From: Clostridia bacterium
Lineage (GTDB): Bacteria > Bacillota > Clostridia > TANB77 > CAG-508
DNA length: 64,000 nt
Direction of reading: 5' to 3'
Assembly: GCA_017939755.1 (NCBI GenBank)
Contig: JAGBAJ010000016.1
Location: 16,302 to 80,301, forward strand
Shown: positions 18,156 to 28,506 of the stretch, in pieces
Position numbering within the stretch: the stretch's first letter is position 1
How the letters are laid out: the number at the start of each line of letters is the position of its first letter
Made by a program: the position numbers and the translations under genes
Notes under the pieces: generated by a model
Database searches by the model: none
Told to the model about the DNA's origin: nothing
The model's input: the letters and a program-made list of their open reading frames with translations, nothing else

Positions 18156-18187
18156 AAAAATCAATCAGAAATGGTTGATTTTTTTGT
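18156..18187 (+). terminator. rho-independent terminator after tRNA-Leu
   Basis: AATCAATC...GGTTGATT stem followed by T7. An additional hairpin ATCTGTTC...GAACAGAT lies at 18122-18146. Confidence 0.6.
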
Positions 18188-18225
18188 TTGCCAAAATACA
18201 TCAACAAGAATGTATTGCCAAGAAG

Positions 18226-18555
18226 TTACTTATTTTTTTCCTGCATATCTATATTTATAAGCAAGTCGATTAATTGACTTATTTCTAAAGCATCTGCAGA
18301 ATCTAAGCCAAACTCATTAATCTTTTTATACAGTTCTTCTTTTAAAGTATCTATATCATATTTAGTATAAAACAACTCTTTTACGTTTACATCTAAAGCA
18401 TTAGCAATTTTATATAATATTGTTAACGAAACATTAAATCTTTTATTATTTTCTAGCTCTCTAATATAAGTTCTAGATATATCAGTAATTTTGCTTAACT
18501 TAGATATACTCATTTTCTTTTGCAGTCTTATATTCTTTATAGTAAAAACAAACAT
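18226..18555 (-). CDS. XRE-family helix-turn-helix transcriptional regulator
   Basis: IRLQKKMSISKLSKITDISRTYIRELENNKR is an HTH_3 motif. The start is moved to the internal ATG at 18555 with an AAAGGAG RBS. Confidence 0.75.
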   Translation of the reverse strand: MFVFTIKNIRLQKKMSISKLSKITDISRTYIRELENNKRFNVSLTILYKIANALDVNVKELFYTKYDIDTLKEELYKKINEFGLDSADALEISQLIDLLINIDMQEKNK

Positions 18556-18700
18556 AATAAGCTCCTTTAAGACTATTATCCCGTAATTATATAATCTTAT
18601 ACAAAGCTTGAAAAGTCTGGAACTCCCAGTTCCACCATCCATTGTCGAATGATTTTAGTTGACATTTTTCTATAAATATATAAAATAATAGCATAGACTT

Positions 18701-18770
18701 GTGCACAAATTTTCTTCAAGAATTTGACGCACTAACATAGACGTGGCATTGGAAGTAAATATAATTCCAA
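18701..18770 (+). repeat. modular intergenic hairpin repeat, family A, copy 4 (HP2 plus diverged HP3)
   Basis: GTGCACAAATTTTCTTCAAGAATTTGACGCAC followed by ACGTGGCATTGGAAGTAAATATAATTCCAAT. Confidence 0.6.
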
Positions 18771-18798
18771 TAAATTTATAAGGAAGAAGGTAATAAAA

Positions 18799-19788
18799 AT
18801 GAGTGAGAATCTTGAATTAGTAACAAAATGGGATAAAACATTTGAGCAAAGTGAAAAAGTTAATCATAGAAAAGTAACATTTCATAATAGATATGGAATA
18901 ACATTAGTTGCAGATTTATATGAACCAAAATCTTATGAAGGAAAATTACCTGCAATAGCTGTATGTGGTCCTTTTGGTGCAGTTAAAGAGCAATGCTCTG
19001 GATTATATGCTCAAACTATGGCAGAAAAAGGTTATTTAACAATAGCTTTTGATCCATCATTTACAGGAGAATCTACGGGAACACCTAGATATATGGCAAG
19101 TCCAGATATAAATACAGAAGATTTCCAAGCAGCAGTAGATTTTTTATCTGTACAAGATAATGTAGATTCAGAAAAAATAGGAATTATAGGTATATGTGGA
19201 TGGGGTGGTATGGCACTGAATGTTGCAGCATTAGATACAAGAATAAAAGCAACAGTAACATCTACAATGTATGATATGACAAGAGTAAATGCAAATGGAT
19301 ATTTTGACGCAGATAATAGTGAAGAAAAAAGATATGAAAATAAAAAATCATTAAATGCTCAAAGAATAGAGGATTTTAAAACAGGCTCTTATGCAAGAGG
19401 AGGAGGTTGCTTAGAATTACCTGTACCAGAAGATGCTCCATTTTTTGTTAAAGATTACAGCGAATACTATAAAGGAAGAGCATATCATTCAAGAAGTTTA
19501 AATTCAAATGAAGGATGGAATATTACTGGATGTATGTCATTTATGAATCAGCCAATATTAAAATATTCAAATGAAATAAGAAGTGCAGTATTAGTTATTC
19601 ATGGAGAAAAAGCACACTCTTGCTATTTTAGTAAAGATGCTTTTAAAGATATGACAGAAAATAGTAAATATGCTGATAATAAAGAATTAATGATAATTCC
19701 AAACGCGGTTCATACAGATTTATATGATAATTTAGAAATAATACCATTTAATAAAATAGACAAGTTTTTTAAAGATAATTTAAAATAA
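18799..19788 (+). CDS. alpha/beta hydrolase (dienelactone-hydrolase-like, apparent Cys nucleophile GICGWGG)
   Basis: 329-aa ORF. The nucleophile elbow is G-I-C-G-W-G and a C-terminal HTDLY motif is present. Confidence 0.65.
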   Translation: MSENLELVTKWDKTFEQSEKVNHRKVTFHNRYGITLVADLYEPKSYEGKLPAIAVCGPFGAVKEQCSGLYAQTMAEKGYLTIAFDPSFTGESTGTPRYMASPDINTEDFQAAVDFLSVQDNVDSEKIGIIGICGWGGMALNVAALDTRIKATVTSTMYDMTRVNANGYFDADNSEEKRYENKKSLNAQRIEDFKTGSYARGGGCLELPVPEDAPFFVKDYSEYYKGRAYHSRSLNSNEGWNITGCMSFMNQPILKYSNEIRSAVLVIHGEKAHSCYFSKDAFKDMTENSKYADNKELMIIPNAVHTDLYDNLEIIPFNKIDKFFKDNLK

Positions 19789-19950
19789 TTCGGCGGAAAA
19801 ATGAGTAAAAAGATAGTAGTAATAAAATTTATAGCTCATAAAAATGAAATTTATATGGCACATCTTCTACGAATATAGGAGATATTAAAGAATATAATTT
19901 TTTAATAAAGTATTTGAAATTGAAGAAAATGTATAGTAGGAATGGTGTAT

Positions 19951-20514
19951 ATGAAAAGAGATACTTATATTATTGTAATATCTATTATAGTTATAATTGT
20001 TTGCATAGGAGCATTTTTTATTGTAAAACATAAAAAGAGCAGTATAGATGAAAATCAAAATAAAGATATGAATATTGAAGTTAAAGAGCATAGCAATACT
20101 ACAAGTAATTTAGATAAATACACAGAAAATCAAAATAATATAGAGGAAGTTAATATGGATGAGATAATTATTAAAGTAAATGGTAGGGTATTAAATGTAA
20201 AATTAGAAGAGAATACATCTGCTAAAGCATTTGTAGAAAAATTAAAAAGTGGGGATATAACAATAAGTACCCACGATTATGGAAATTTTGAAAAAGTAGG
20301 TAACTTGGGATTTAGTTTACCAACAAATGATAAGAATATTACAACAGAAGCTGGAGATTTAATATTATATCAAGGAAATCAAATAACACTTTATTATGAT
20401 ACGAATAGTTGGAGTTTTACTAGACTAGGTAAAGTACAAAATGTTTCTAAAAATGAATTAAAGGAAATTTTAGGTAGTGGTAATGTAGAATTAACATTTT
20501 CATTAAATGTTTAA
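19951..20514 (+). CDS. membrane-anchored cyclophilin-like-fold protein (unknown function)
   Basis: N-terminal TM helix. The C-terminal region VNGRVLNVKLEENTSAKAFVEKL...TEAGDLILYQGNQITLYYDTNSWSFTRLGKV...GSGNVELTF matches the pattern of the cyclophilin-like DUF family. Confidence 0.55.
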   Translation: MKRDTYIIVISIIVIIVCIGAFFIVKHKKSSIDENQNKDMNIEVKEHSNTTSNLDKYTENQNNIEEVNMDEIIIKVNGRVLNVKLEENTSAKAFVEKLKSGDITISTHDYGNFEKVGNLGFSLPTNDKNITTEAGDLILYQGNQITLYYDTNSWSFTRLGKVQNVSKNELKEILGSGNVELTFSLNV

Positions 20515-20625
20515 AAAGAATATTAGTGATAAATTAGAATTAATGTGAAAGATTGATTTGAAATATAACCAATTTTGACTATATAAACTTTTTTTATAAT
20601 GGATTCTAATATAGAAAAGAGAGCA

Positions 20626-20662
20626 AATGCGTTATAAAAACAGCGGAAGGTTATTAGCCTGC
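20626..20662. terminator. bidirectional rho-independent terminator
   Basis: AAAAACAGCGG...CCGCTGTTTT lies between the convergent genes 19951-20514 and 20794-21411. Confidence 0.65.
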
Positions 20663-20793
20663 CGCTGTTTTGTTCTCGTAAATAAAACTACATAATTACA
20701 ACTAAATAAAGTACATATCAACCATGTCTTCGAAATAACATGGCAATAGCCATTTTTATGTTGATATTTTCCAAATCTAAATTAGGGAACATT

Positions 20794-21411
20794 TTACCGC
20801 ACAATATACACCATTGCAATAAAAATTCCGAGCTCCGCAGCAATTACAAAAGATGAAATCTTAAAAATCATCTTATTGGCTTTGCCATCAGATGGACATA
20901 ATTTTAATGCAATTTTTGGTTTCTTTAATGGGTATAGAATCTGAATTTTTCTACGATTAAATACGTCCAAAAAAATGTGCGAAATCATTGCAATTACAAA
21001 TGGAATAACCGCCGAAGGTAATGCAATATATATGGTTGTACTTAAAATAACAATTGCTGGTATCGAATGCATAAATGTTCGATGTGACGTATGCATGCCG
21101 TAGCTGCATACTAACAAAAACGAAAGTAGGCCGATAAGTATACGACTTAGATTCGTTTGGTTCAGAATGTAGTTGTAAATACCTACATGTAGTGTTGCTT
21201 CGAGAATTGCACAAAGAAAGATTACGAGTGTAGATATTGCTAGAATCTTACTTAAGTCTTTGTGCGATTCAGATGTTGTTACATCAATATCTGAAATAAG
21301 ACTTCCAATTGTTGCAGCTGTCACGCAAATAGCGAGACCCTTAATACTGCTTGGCTGAGTTGCTGCAATAGTAATAGCTACTCCTGCAGACCAATGTGCA
21401 TTTTTTTGCAT
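20794..21411 (-). CDS. membrane-bound metal-dependent hydrolase (YdjM/DUF457 family)
   Basis: Polytopic membrane protein with HRTFMHS and SHIFLDVFN His-rich motifs. G+C is somewhat higher than in neighbouring genes. Confidence 0.65.
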   Translation of the reverse strand: MQKNAHWSAGVAITIAATQPSSIKGLAICVTAATIGSLISDIDVTTSESHKDLSKILAISTLVIFLCAILEATLHVGIYNYILNQTNLSRILIGLLSFLLVCSYGMHTSHRTFMHSIPAIVILSTTIYIALPSAVIPFVIAMISHIFLDVFNRRKIQILYPLKKPKIALKLCPSDGKANKMIFKISSFVIAAELGIFIAMVYIVR

Positions 21412-21800
21412 AGTAATACTATCCTTTCTTTCGTAAGATAGAAAAATTTTAGCATGAAAAGTTCATATTTTCAATTAAATTCTTAATTTTCTATAATAAT
21501 TCGGCAAATAATAAAAATATGTTACAATTCAGCCTTAGACCAAATTATAATGTAATAAAAAGTCTTAATATTTATATTTGTAAGCGTCAAGGGGCCTTTT
21601 CAAATATGGCTGACTAGTAACAAAAATATAAAATTATTTAGACTTTTTTCTTTTTTTTATTGTCTTTTTATTTTCATTAAATTATAATTACTTAGAGCAA
21701 ATGAGATAATTGCCAAATAAAAAGATTAAATTTTATTTATTTGTGGCAGATTATAAATGAATATACAAAAATATAATAAAGGATACTGTAGGAGGAAATT

Positions 21801-21971
21801 ATGGAAAAATTTTTGAACAAAAAAGTTTCAGTTATTACGTGTATGGGAGGAACATATGGAGCAGCAGATTTTTATAAGGGTGTGTTTACTTCATATGATG
21901 ATAATTTTATTTGTTTAAATAATAAGACATATATTGCAATAAAATATATTATGACAATAGATGTAAAATAA
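21801..21971 (+). CDS. 56-aa small protein, member of the Sm/Hfq-like-patterned paralog family (P1)
   Basis: Own translation gives MEKFLNKKVSVITCMGGTYGAADFYKGVFTSYDDNFICLNNKTYIAIKYIMTIDVK, with a GGAGG RBS and a terminator directly downstream. It is too short for the ORF track. It is a clear paralog of 52079-52246. Confidence 0.6.
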   Translation: MEKFLNKKVSVITCMGGTYGAADFYKGVFTSYDDNFICLNNKTYIAIKYIMTIDVK

Positions 21972-21978
21972 TAAAGGG

Positions 21979-22012
21979 AGAATGTAGAGCTAAAGTTTCT
22001 ACATTCTTTTTA
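21979..22012 (+). terminator. rho-independent terminator
   Basis: GAATGTAGA...TCTACATTC stem followed by T5. Confidence 0.7.
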
Positions 22013-22020
22013 TATATTAT

Positions 22021-22094
22021 GCGCCGAACAAATATGTGGGGTGAAAAGTAATCTAAAATGTAAAAAAATATTAATCATACCACTTTTGTTCTAT
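22021..22094 (+). repeat. modular intergenic hairpin repeat, family A, copy 5 (HP3 only)
   Basis: GCGCCGAACAAATATGTGGGGTGA-AAAGTAATCTAAAATGTAAAAAAATATTAA-TCATACCACTTTTGTTCTAT is about 90 percent identical to 14516-14590. Confidence 0.75.
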
Positions 22095-22128
22095 TTGTGA
22101 AATGTACGTAAATTATTATACTCTTTCA

Positions 22129-22157
22129 TTGACATTCTAAGGCTTACAGCTTAAAAT
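22129..22157 (+). promoter_or_regulatory. sigma-A type promoter (TTGACA-17-TAAAAT) of the ABC transporter gene
   Basis: Read directly; located downstream of repeat copy 5. Confidence 0.5.
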
Positions 22158-22189
22158 AGCATAGATAAATATTTTGAAAGGAAAATAAT

Positions 22190-24808
22190 ATGTTAGAGCT
22201 AAGAAATGTAAAGAAAATATACAACACTAAGGCAGAAAAGGTTCATGCCCTAAAGGGAATTAATCTTAAATTTAGGGAGTCAGAATTTGTTTCAATCCTT
22301 GGTGAATCAGGATGTGGAAAAACAACATTATTAAATATTATAGGTGGACTTGATCGATATACAAGTGGAGACCTTATTATTAATGGAAAATCAACAAAAG
22401 ATTTTAAGGATAAAGATTGGGATGCATATAGAAATTATTCTATAGGATTTATATTTCAAAGTTATAATCTTATAGGGCACCAAACTATTTTATCAAATGT
22501 AGAGCTTGCATTAACAATTTCTGGAGTATCAAAAAACGAAAGAAGAAAAAGAGCTATAGAGGCTCTGGAAGAAGTGGGTCTGAAAGATAAAATACATTGT
22601 AAGCCAAATCAATTATCTGGTGGTCAAATGCAAAGAGTTGCAATTGCAAGAGCGTTAGTTAACAACCCGGATATAATATTGGCAGATGAGCCAACAGGGG
22701 CATTAGACAGCAAAACTAGTGAACAGGTAATGGAAATTTTAAGGAAGATTTCTAAAGATAAATTAATTATAATGGTTACTCATAACGGGGAATTAGCTGA
22801 AAAGTATTCAAATAGAATTGTTAGAATTTTAGATGGAAAAATTACCAGTGATTCCAATCCTCTATCGGATCAAGAGGTTCAAGAAGCAAAAAATAATGCA
22901 AAGCAATTCAAAAAAACATCAATGAAATTTATTACGGCTTTACAATTAAGTTTTAACAACTTATTAACAAAAAAGGGTAGAACTATATTAACGTCGTTTG
23001 CTGGAAGTATTGGTATTATAGGTATTGCATTAATACTTGCTATTTCAACAGGAGTTCAGGATTATATAAATAAAGTAGAGCGAGATACATTATCATCTTA
23101 CCCAATTACAATTGAGGAAACAACAATTGATATGGCATCGATGATGGAAACTATGGTTGGAGAGCAAACTCAAAATGATGAGAATCGCGAAGAGGGAAAG
23201 CTTTATTCTGTTAATATTATGAATGACATGGTTCATACGCTATCAAGTAAAGTTAAAAGTAACAACTTGAAGGAATTCAAAAATTATATAGAAAATACCG
23301 ATAATGCTATAAAAAATAATAGCAACGCAATTCAATATGGATATAATTTAAACCTTAATTTGTACAAAGCGGATACTTCAAACGGAATAGTACAGGTAAA
23401 CCCAAGTACTGTTATGGATAGCTTAGGTGCAGGAGAGCTAATGGCTGCTGAAAAAGCTGAAGCTACTATGATTCCAGGTATGTCATCTATGGGAATGATG
23501 AGTAATGTTGATGTTTGGACAGAAATGCTTGACAACGAGGATCTTATTAAATCTCAATATGATTTATTAGCAGGAAAATGGCCAACTAATTATAACGAAG
23601 TAGTATTAATTGCAACTAAAAATAATGAAATAAGTGATTATACACTTTATTCACTTGGAATTATTGACCAAAAAGAGCTAAACGGACAGATGGAAAAAAT
23701 ACAAAAAGGTGAACAAATTGAAAAAAAAGAAAATACTTCATATTCATATGACGAATTACTAAACTTAAAATATAAAGTAATTTATAATTCAGATTATTAC
23801 CAAAAGGAAAATGGAATTTGGATTGATAAATCAAAAAATGAAGAGTTTATAAAATCAAAATTAGATGAAGCGGAGGAAATAACAGTTGTTGGTATTATAA
23901 AACAAAATGATCAAACTGTGGCAGTTTCAATGTCTGGTGGAATTGGATATAAAAGCTCTTTAACAAAACATGTAATTGAGAAATGTAATGGTGCAGAAAT
24001 AGTAAAAGAGCAGAAGGATAATCCAGATAAAAATATTTTTTCAGGAATGGAATTTCCAAAATCAGGTGAAAATACAACATTCAATTCAAGTAAAATGACT
24101 CCAGAGCAACAACAAGCATTAAGCAAGATGTCAAGTGAGCAAATTGCTGAAGCTATGGCTGCATATTCAGAAAATGCCAATGCGACATACGAAAAAAATT
24201 TGGAAAAGATGGGGGCTATTGATATTGATAATCCAGCTACAATAAGCATTTATCCAAAAGATTTTGCATCTAAAGAGCAAATAGAAAAAGGAATTGAAGA
24301 ATATAATAAAAAACAAACTGATAATGGAAAGTCAGAAAATGAATTAACATACTCAGATATGGTTGGTTCGATGATTTCTTCGGTAAGTACTATTGTTGAT
24401 ACAATAAGTTATGTTTTAATTGCATTTGTTGCAGTTTCATTAATAGTATCTTCAATAATGATAGGAATTATCACGTATATAAGCGTTCTAGAAAGAACGA
24501 AGGAAATTGGTATTTTAAGAGCAATTGGTGTTTCTAAAAAAGATGTATCAAGAATATTCAATGCAGAAACACTTATTATTGGATTTATAGCAGGAGCTAT
24601 AGGAATTGGTGTTACAATGTTGTTAACAATTCCTATAAATAAGATTATATACAATGTAACTGGTGGGGTCGAAGTGGTTACTAAACTTCCAATAGTTGCA
24701 GGAATAATTTTAGTAGTAATAAGTATTTTATTAACAATGATAGGTGGATTTATACCTTCAAAAGTAGCAAGTAAAAAAGATCCTGCCGTTGTTTTAAGAA
24801 GTGAATAA
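22190..24808 (+). CDS. fused ABC transporter ATP-binding/permease protein (MacB/FtsX-like)
   Basis: Walker A GESGCGKTT, signature LSGGQMQRVAIARAL and Walker B ILADEPTGALD, followed by a large extracytoplasmic region and a C-terminal FtsX-type permease. Confidence 0.85.
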   Translation: MLELRNVKKIYNTKAEKVHALKGINLKFRESEFVSILGESGCGKTTLLNIIGGLDRYTSGDLIINGKSTKDFKDKDWDAYRNYSIGFIFQSYNLIGHQTILSNVELALTISGVSKNERRKRAIEALEEVGLKDKIHCKPNQLSGGQMQRVAIARALVNNPDIILADEPTGALDSKTSEQVMEILRKISKDKLIIMVTHNGELAEKYSNRIVRILDGKITSDSNPLSDQEVQEAKNNAKQFKKTSMKFITALQLSFNNLLTKKGRTILTSFAGSIGIIGIALILAISTGVQDYINKVERDTLSSYPITIEETTIDMASMMETMVGEQTQNDENREEGKLYSVNIMNDMVHTLSSKVKSNNLKEFKNYIENTDNAIKNNSNAIQYGYNLNLNLYKADTSNGIVQVNPSTVMDSLGAGELMAAEKAEATMIPGMSSMGMMSNVDVWTEMLDNEDLIKSQYDLLAGKWPTNYNEVVLIATKNNEISDYTLYSLGIIDQKELNGQMEKIQKGEQIEKKENTSYSYDELLNLKYKVIYNSDYYQKENGIWIDKSKNEEFIKSKLDEAEEITVVGIIKQNDQTVAVSMSGGIGYKSSLTKHVIEKCNGAEIVKEQKDNPDKNIFSGMEFPKSGENTTFNSSKMTPEQQQALSKMSSEQIAEAMAAYSENANATYEKNLEKMGAIDIDNPATISIYPKDFASKEQIEKGIEEYNKKQTDNGKSENELTYSDMVGSMISSVSTIVDTISYVLIAFVAVSLIVSSIMIGIITYISVLERTKEIGILRAIGVSKKDVSRIFNAETLIIGFIAGAIGIGVTMLLTIPINKIIYNVTGGVEVVTKLPIVAGIILVVISILLTMIGGFIPSKVASKKDPAVVLRSE

Positions 24809-24892
24809 ATTTATATAGGCGACCAATTAAACGCGGGCTGAACTATATACTAAATAATTTGGTATATTGATTAGCCCGCTATTGTTATATAA

Positions 24893-24979
24893 TAGGAAAT
24901 GATATGAAACTTTAAGTTTCGCGGGCTCAAAGTGAAAACAAATTAATATAATATTTTTATTTTTAAAGGAAAGTCATGC
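24893..24979 (+). repeat. 87-nt intergenic repeat, family B, copy 1
   Basis: TAGGAAATGATATGAAACTTTAAGTTTCGCGGGCTCAAAGTGAAAACAAATTAATATAATATTTTTATTTTTAAAGGAAAGTCATGC has only a handful of mismatches to 28590-28676. Confidence 0.8.
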
Positions 24980-25097
24980 ACAGAAAATTTATATTGACAA
25001 AGCAAATTTATCTTATAAAATAAGATTAGAAATATTAAATAGAAAATTATAAGAATATGTAACGCCATATAGGCAATAATATGAAAGAGGCGATTAT

Positions 25098-25952
25098 ATG
25101 TACGATATTATTGTTATTGGAGCAGGACCTGCAGGTATAACTGCAGCCATATATGCAAAAAGAGCAGGAGCTAATGTATTAGTTTTATATAATGGTGAAT
25201 CAAATGTTGAAAAAACTGATAAAATAGAAAATTATTATGGTTTTAAAGATGGAATAGATGGTCAAACTTTATTTAAAAATGGAGTGGAGCAAGCCAAAAA
25301 TCTTGAAGTTGTTGTTAGAAAAGAAGAAGTATTAGGAATCGAAAAAATTGACAATGTATTTTATATAGAAACAACTTTAAAAAAATATGATTCAAAAGCT
25401 GTAATTATTGCTACTGGAAATAAGAATTTAAAACCAGATGTAAAGGGAATTTCTGAGTTTGAAGGAAAAGGTATTAGTTATTGTGCTATTTGTGATGGCT
25501 TTTTCTATAGAGAAAAAAATGTTGCAGTTATAGGTAATGGAGCATTTGCCAATAAAGAGGTAGAGCACCTAAAAAATATTGCAAATTCAGTTACTATATT
25601 AACTAATGGAAATCAAATAAAAGATAAGATTACAGAAGGACTAAATGTTAATTCTAAACCAATAAAGCAAATTCAAGGGGAGAATAAAGTTCAAAGAGTT
25701 GAATTTGAAGATGGAAGTGGTTTAGATATTGATGGAATCTTTATTGCAATAGGCGAAGCTAGTGGATTAGATTTTGCTAAGAGATTAGGAATAGCCGTTA
25801 AAAACGATTTTATTATTGTAGATGAGAATATGCAAACTAATATTTCTGGACTATATGCATGTGGAAATGTAACAGGTGGATTATTACAAATATGTAAGGC
25901 TACGTATGAAGGCGCAAAAGCAGGAATTTCTGCTGTAAAATTTATAAAATAA
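25098..25952 (+). CDS. trxB: thioredoxin-disulfide reductase family flavoprotein (short form lacking the HRR NADPH motif)
   Basis: GAGPAG FAD motif and redox CAICDG. The second GNGAFA motif is present, but TNGNQ sits where classical TrxR has HRRxxxR. It lies directly upstream of trxA. Confidence 0.8.
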   Translation: MYDIIVIGAGPAGITAAIYAKRAGANVLVLYNGESNVEKTDKIENYYGFKDGIDGQTLFKNGVEQAKNLEVVVRKEEVLGIEKIDNVFYIETTLKKYDSKAVIIATGNKNLKPDVKGISEFEGKGISYCAICDGFFYREKNVAVIGNGAFANKEVEHLKNIANSVTILTNGNQIKDKITEGLNVNSKPIKQIQGENKVQRVEFEDGSGLDIDGIFIAIGEASGLDFAKRLGIAVKNDFIIVDENMQTNISGLYACGNVTGGLLQICKATYEGAKAGISAVKFIK

Positions 25953-25973
25953 AATTTCTAGGAGGTATAAAAG

Positions 25974-26285
25974 ATGAGTGTTATTAATTTAAACAGAGAG
26001 AATTTTGAAAGTGAAGTAGTAAAATCAAATCAGACAGTGATTGTAGATTTTTATGCAACTTGGTGTGCACCATGTAGAATGATGTCTCCAATTATAGACG
26101 CTATTGCTGAAGAATTAAATGGTACTATAAAAGTTGGTAAAGTAGATTGTGACGAAAATCAAGAGCTTGCAATTTCGTATAGTGTAATGAGTATACCAAC
26201 AATTATAATTTTTAAAGAGGGTAAGGTTGCAAAACAATTTGTTGGAGTAACAGATAAAACAGAGCTAATGGAAGCCATAAAATAA
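25974..26285 (+). CDS. trxA: thioredoxin
   Basis: 103 aa with the WCAPC active site. Confidence 0.92.
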   Translation: MSVINLNRENFESEVVKSNQTVIVDFYATWCAPCRMMSPIIDAIAEELNGTIKVGKVDCDENQELAISYSVMSIPTIIIFKEGKVAKQFVGVTDKTELMEAIK

Positions 26286-26318
26286 ATAGGTTCATTTTAC
26301 TAAATGGAGGAGATAATT

Positions 26319-26813
26319 ATGATTGAAAAATTAAGAAATATGACATCGGTGTACTTGTATGATGACAATAAAAGAATGTTAATGCTATACAGAATTGGTT
26401 CAAGAGCAATAAAGGATTCATATATTGGAACAGCTGGTGGACATGTTGAAAATGATGAGCTTAATAATCCTAGAGCTAGTGTATTAAGGGAGCTAGAAGA
26501 AGAAACGGGACTAACAATAAAAGATATAAAAGATTTAGAGCTTAAGTATATAACGATAAGATATAAAAAGAATGAAGCAAGGCAAAATTATTACTTTTTC
26601 GCAAAGCTAAAAGATAGTAATTTAGAAATAAATAGCAACGAAGGAAATCTTAAGTGGTTTACACAGGAAGAAATTGCAGGGCTAGACATGCCACATACTG
26701 CAAAATATATGATAAAACATTACATAGAAAAAGGTCAATTTGATGATAATGTATATGCAGGAGTTGCTGTACCAGAAGGCGTTCAATTTATAAAGTTAGA
26801 GTCTTTTGAATAA
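26319..26813 (+). CDS. NUDIX hydrolase
   Basis: Nudix box GGHVENDELNNPRASVLRELEEETGL. The start is moved to ATG 26319 (GGAGG RBS). Confidence 0.8.
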   Translation: MIEKLRNMTSVYLYDDNKRMLMLYRIGSRAIKDSYIGTAGGHVENDELNNPRASVLRELEEETGLTIKDIKDLELKYITIRYKKNEARQNYYFFAKLKDSNLEINSNEGNLKWFTQEEIAGLDMPHTAKYMIKHYIEKGQFDDNVYAGVAVPEGVQFIKLESFE

Positions 26814-26874
26814 AAAATGATGGAATAAATTTCATATTTTTGTACATACTTGTAAAAGAGGATGTGATAAAACT

Positions 26875-28419
26875 ATGAATTCATATTGGGTTTCGTCAAC
26901 AAAAAATGATGATGGTTATAGTAAAATTAATAAAGATTATGTGGCAGATGTATGTGTGGTTGGTGCAGGAATTACGGGGCTTAGTACAGCATACTATTTA
27001 ACGAAGAACAATCTTAAAGTTATAGTTGTTGATAAGGCTCCAGATATTGGAGAAAAAGCATCTGGTAATACTACAGCTAAAATAACAATTCAACACAATT
27101 TAATATATAGTTATTTAGTAAATAGCTTTGGAGAGAGCTATGCGCAAAAATATTTTGAAGCTAATAAAAACGCAATTAAAGAAATTAAAAAAATTATAGA
27201 TGATGAAAAAATTGATTGTGACTATTCTCTGCAAAACAATTATGTGTACTCAATCAGTCCAAACGAAATTGGTAAAATCCACGAAGAGATAAAGGTTATA
27301 AATATGCTGAGCAATAGAGCAAATAACAAATATAATAATGTAGAGCAGAATGAGGATTATGCACAATTTGTTACAGATTGCGGATTACCATTTAAGATTG
27401 CTGGAGCTATAGAGACAAAGGATCAGGCTCAATTTCATCCCAGAAAATATATGAAAGGTTTAGCAAAGGGAATTATGAGCAGAGGAGGAATGATATTTAC
27501 AAATTCATTAGTTTCAGATATCAATAAAATTGGAGATGCGTACGAAACACTATGTAATGAATATGTAATAAAATCAAAATTTGTTGTATTGGCTTCTCAT
27601 TATCCTTTTATAAATTTTCCTGGATTTTATTTTTCAAAAATGTATCAGATTACATCATATGCCATATGCCTTGAAACCAAAAAGCAAATTCCAAATGGAA
27701 TGTATTTAAAAGCAGATGAGCCTACTTTGTCAATCAGAAATGTTGACGTTGACGGACGAAAGCTTTTAATAATAGCGGGAGGAAATCATAAAACAGGGTA
27801 TTCGCCAGATAGTGATGTAAATTATGGGTACTCATATATTGAGAGAAAGGCAAAGGAATTATATCCAGATTGCAAAGTGCTGTATAAATGGAACACACGT
27901 GATTGTGTTAGCTTGGATAAAGTTCCATATATTGGTGAATTTTCAAGTCTTATGAAAAATGTTTATGTAGCTACAGGTTTTAATAAATGGGGTATGACTT
28001 CATCAAATATTGCGGCTAATATTATTACAGACAAAATTATGGGGGTTAAAAATAAATTTGAAGATGTATTTGATTCAACTAGATTTAATCCTATAAAAAA
28101 TCGCTCTGAACTTAAAAATATGGGAGAGCAAATCATTCATTCGTTTGTTACAAGTAAAATAAAAATTCCAAAAGAGGATATCTCCGCAATAGAAAATGAT
28201 AATGGTGGAATAATAAAGGTAGATGGAAATAATGTTGGTGTATATAAAGATGCAGATGGTAAGGTGTACACAGTAAAGCCTGTATGCACACATTTAGGGT
28301 GTCTGCTCACATGGAATAATGTAGATAAAACATGGGACTGCCCTTGTCATGGATCTCGCTTTAGTTATACTGGAAAAAACATTTATGATCCGGCTTTTGA
28401 AGATTTAGAGGTATACTAA
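26875..28419 (+). CDS. FAD-dependent oxidoreductase with C-terminal Rieske [2Fe-2S] domain (YhfW-like)
   Basis: N-terminal VVGAGITG dinucleotide fold and C-terminal CTHLGC...CPCHGSRF Rieske motif. Confidence 0.8.
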   Translation: MNSYWVSSTKNDDGYSKINKDYVADVCVVGAGITGLSTAYYLTKNNLKVIVVDKAPDIGEKASGNTTAKITIQHNLIYSYLVNSFGESYAQKYFEANKNAIKEIKKIIDDEKIDCDYSLQNNYVYSISPNEIGKIHEEIKVINMLSNRANNKYNNVEQNEDYAQFVTDCGLPFKIAGAIETKDQAQFHPRKYMKGLAKGIMSRGGMIFTNSLVSDINKIGDAYETLCNEYVIKSKFVVLASHYPFINFPGFYFSKMYQITSYAICLETKKQIPNGMYLKADEPTLSIRNVDVDGRKLLIIAGGNHKTGYSPDSDVNYGYSYIERKAKELYPDCKVLYKWNTRDCVSLDKVPYIGEFSSLMKNVYVATGFNKWGMTSSNIAANIITDKIMGVKNKFEDVFDSTRFNPIKNRSELKNMGEQIIHSFVTSKIKIPKEDISAIENDNGGIIKVDGNNVGVYKDADGKVYTVKPVCTHLGCLLTWNNVDKTWDCPCHGSRFSYTGKNIYDPAFEDLEVY

Positions 28420-28471
28420 CAAATGTATTTTTATCTCATGAATGAAGCAGATTTGTTCTTAAAGCATAACA

Positions 28472-28500
28472 TTGAAATATTATGTAAATTATGATATAAT
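28472..28500 (+). promoter_or_regulatory. orphan consensus promoter (TTGAAA-17-TATAAT)
   Basis: Read directly. There is no ORF downstream before the terminator at 28549-28584. Confidence 0.5.
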
Positions 28501-28506
28501 AATATA

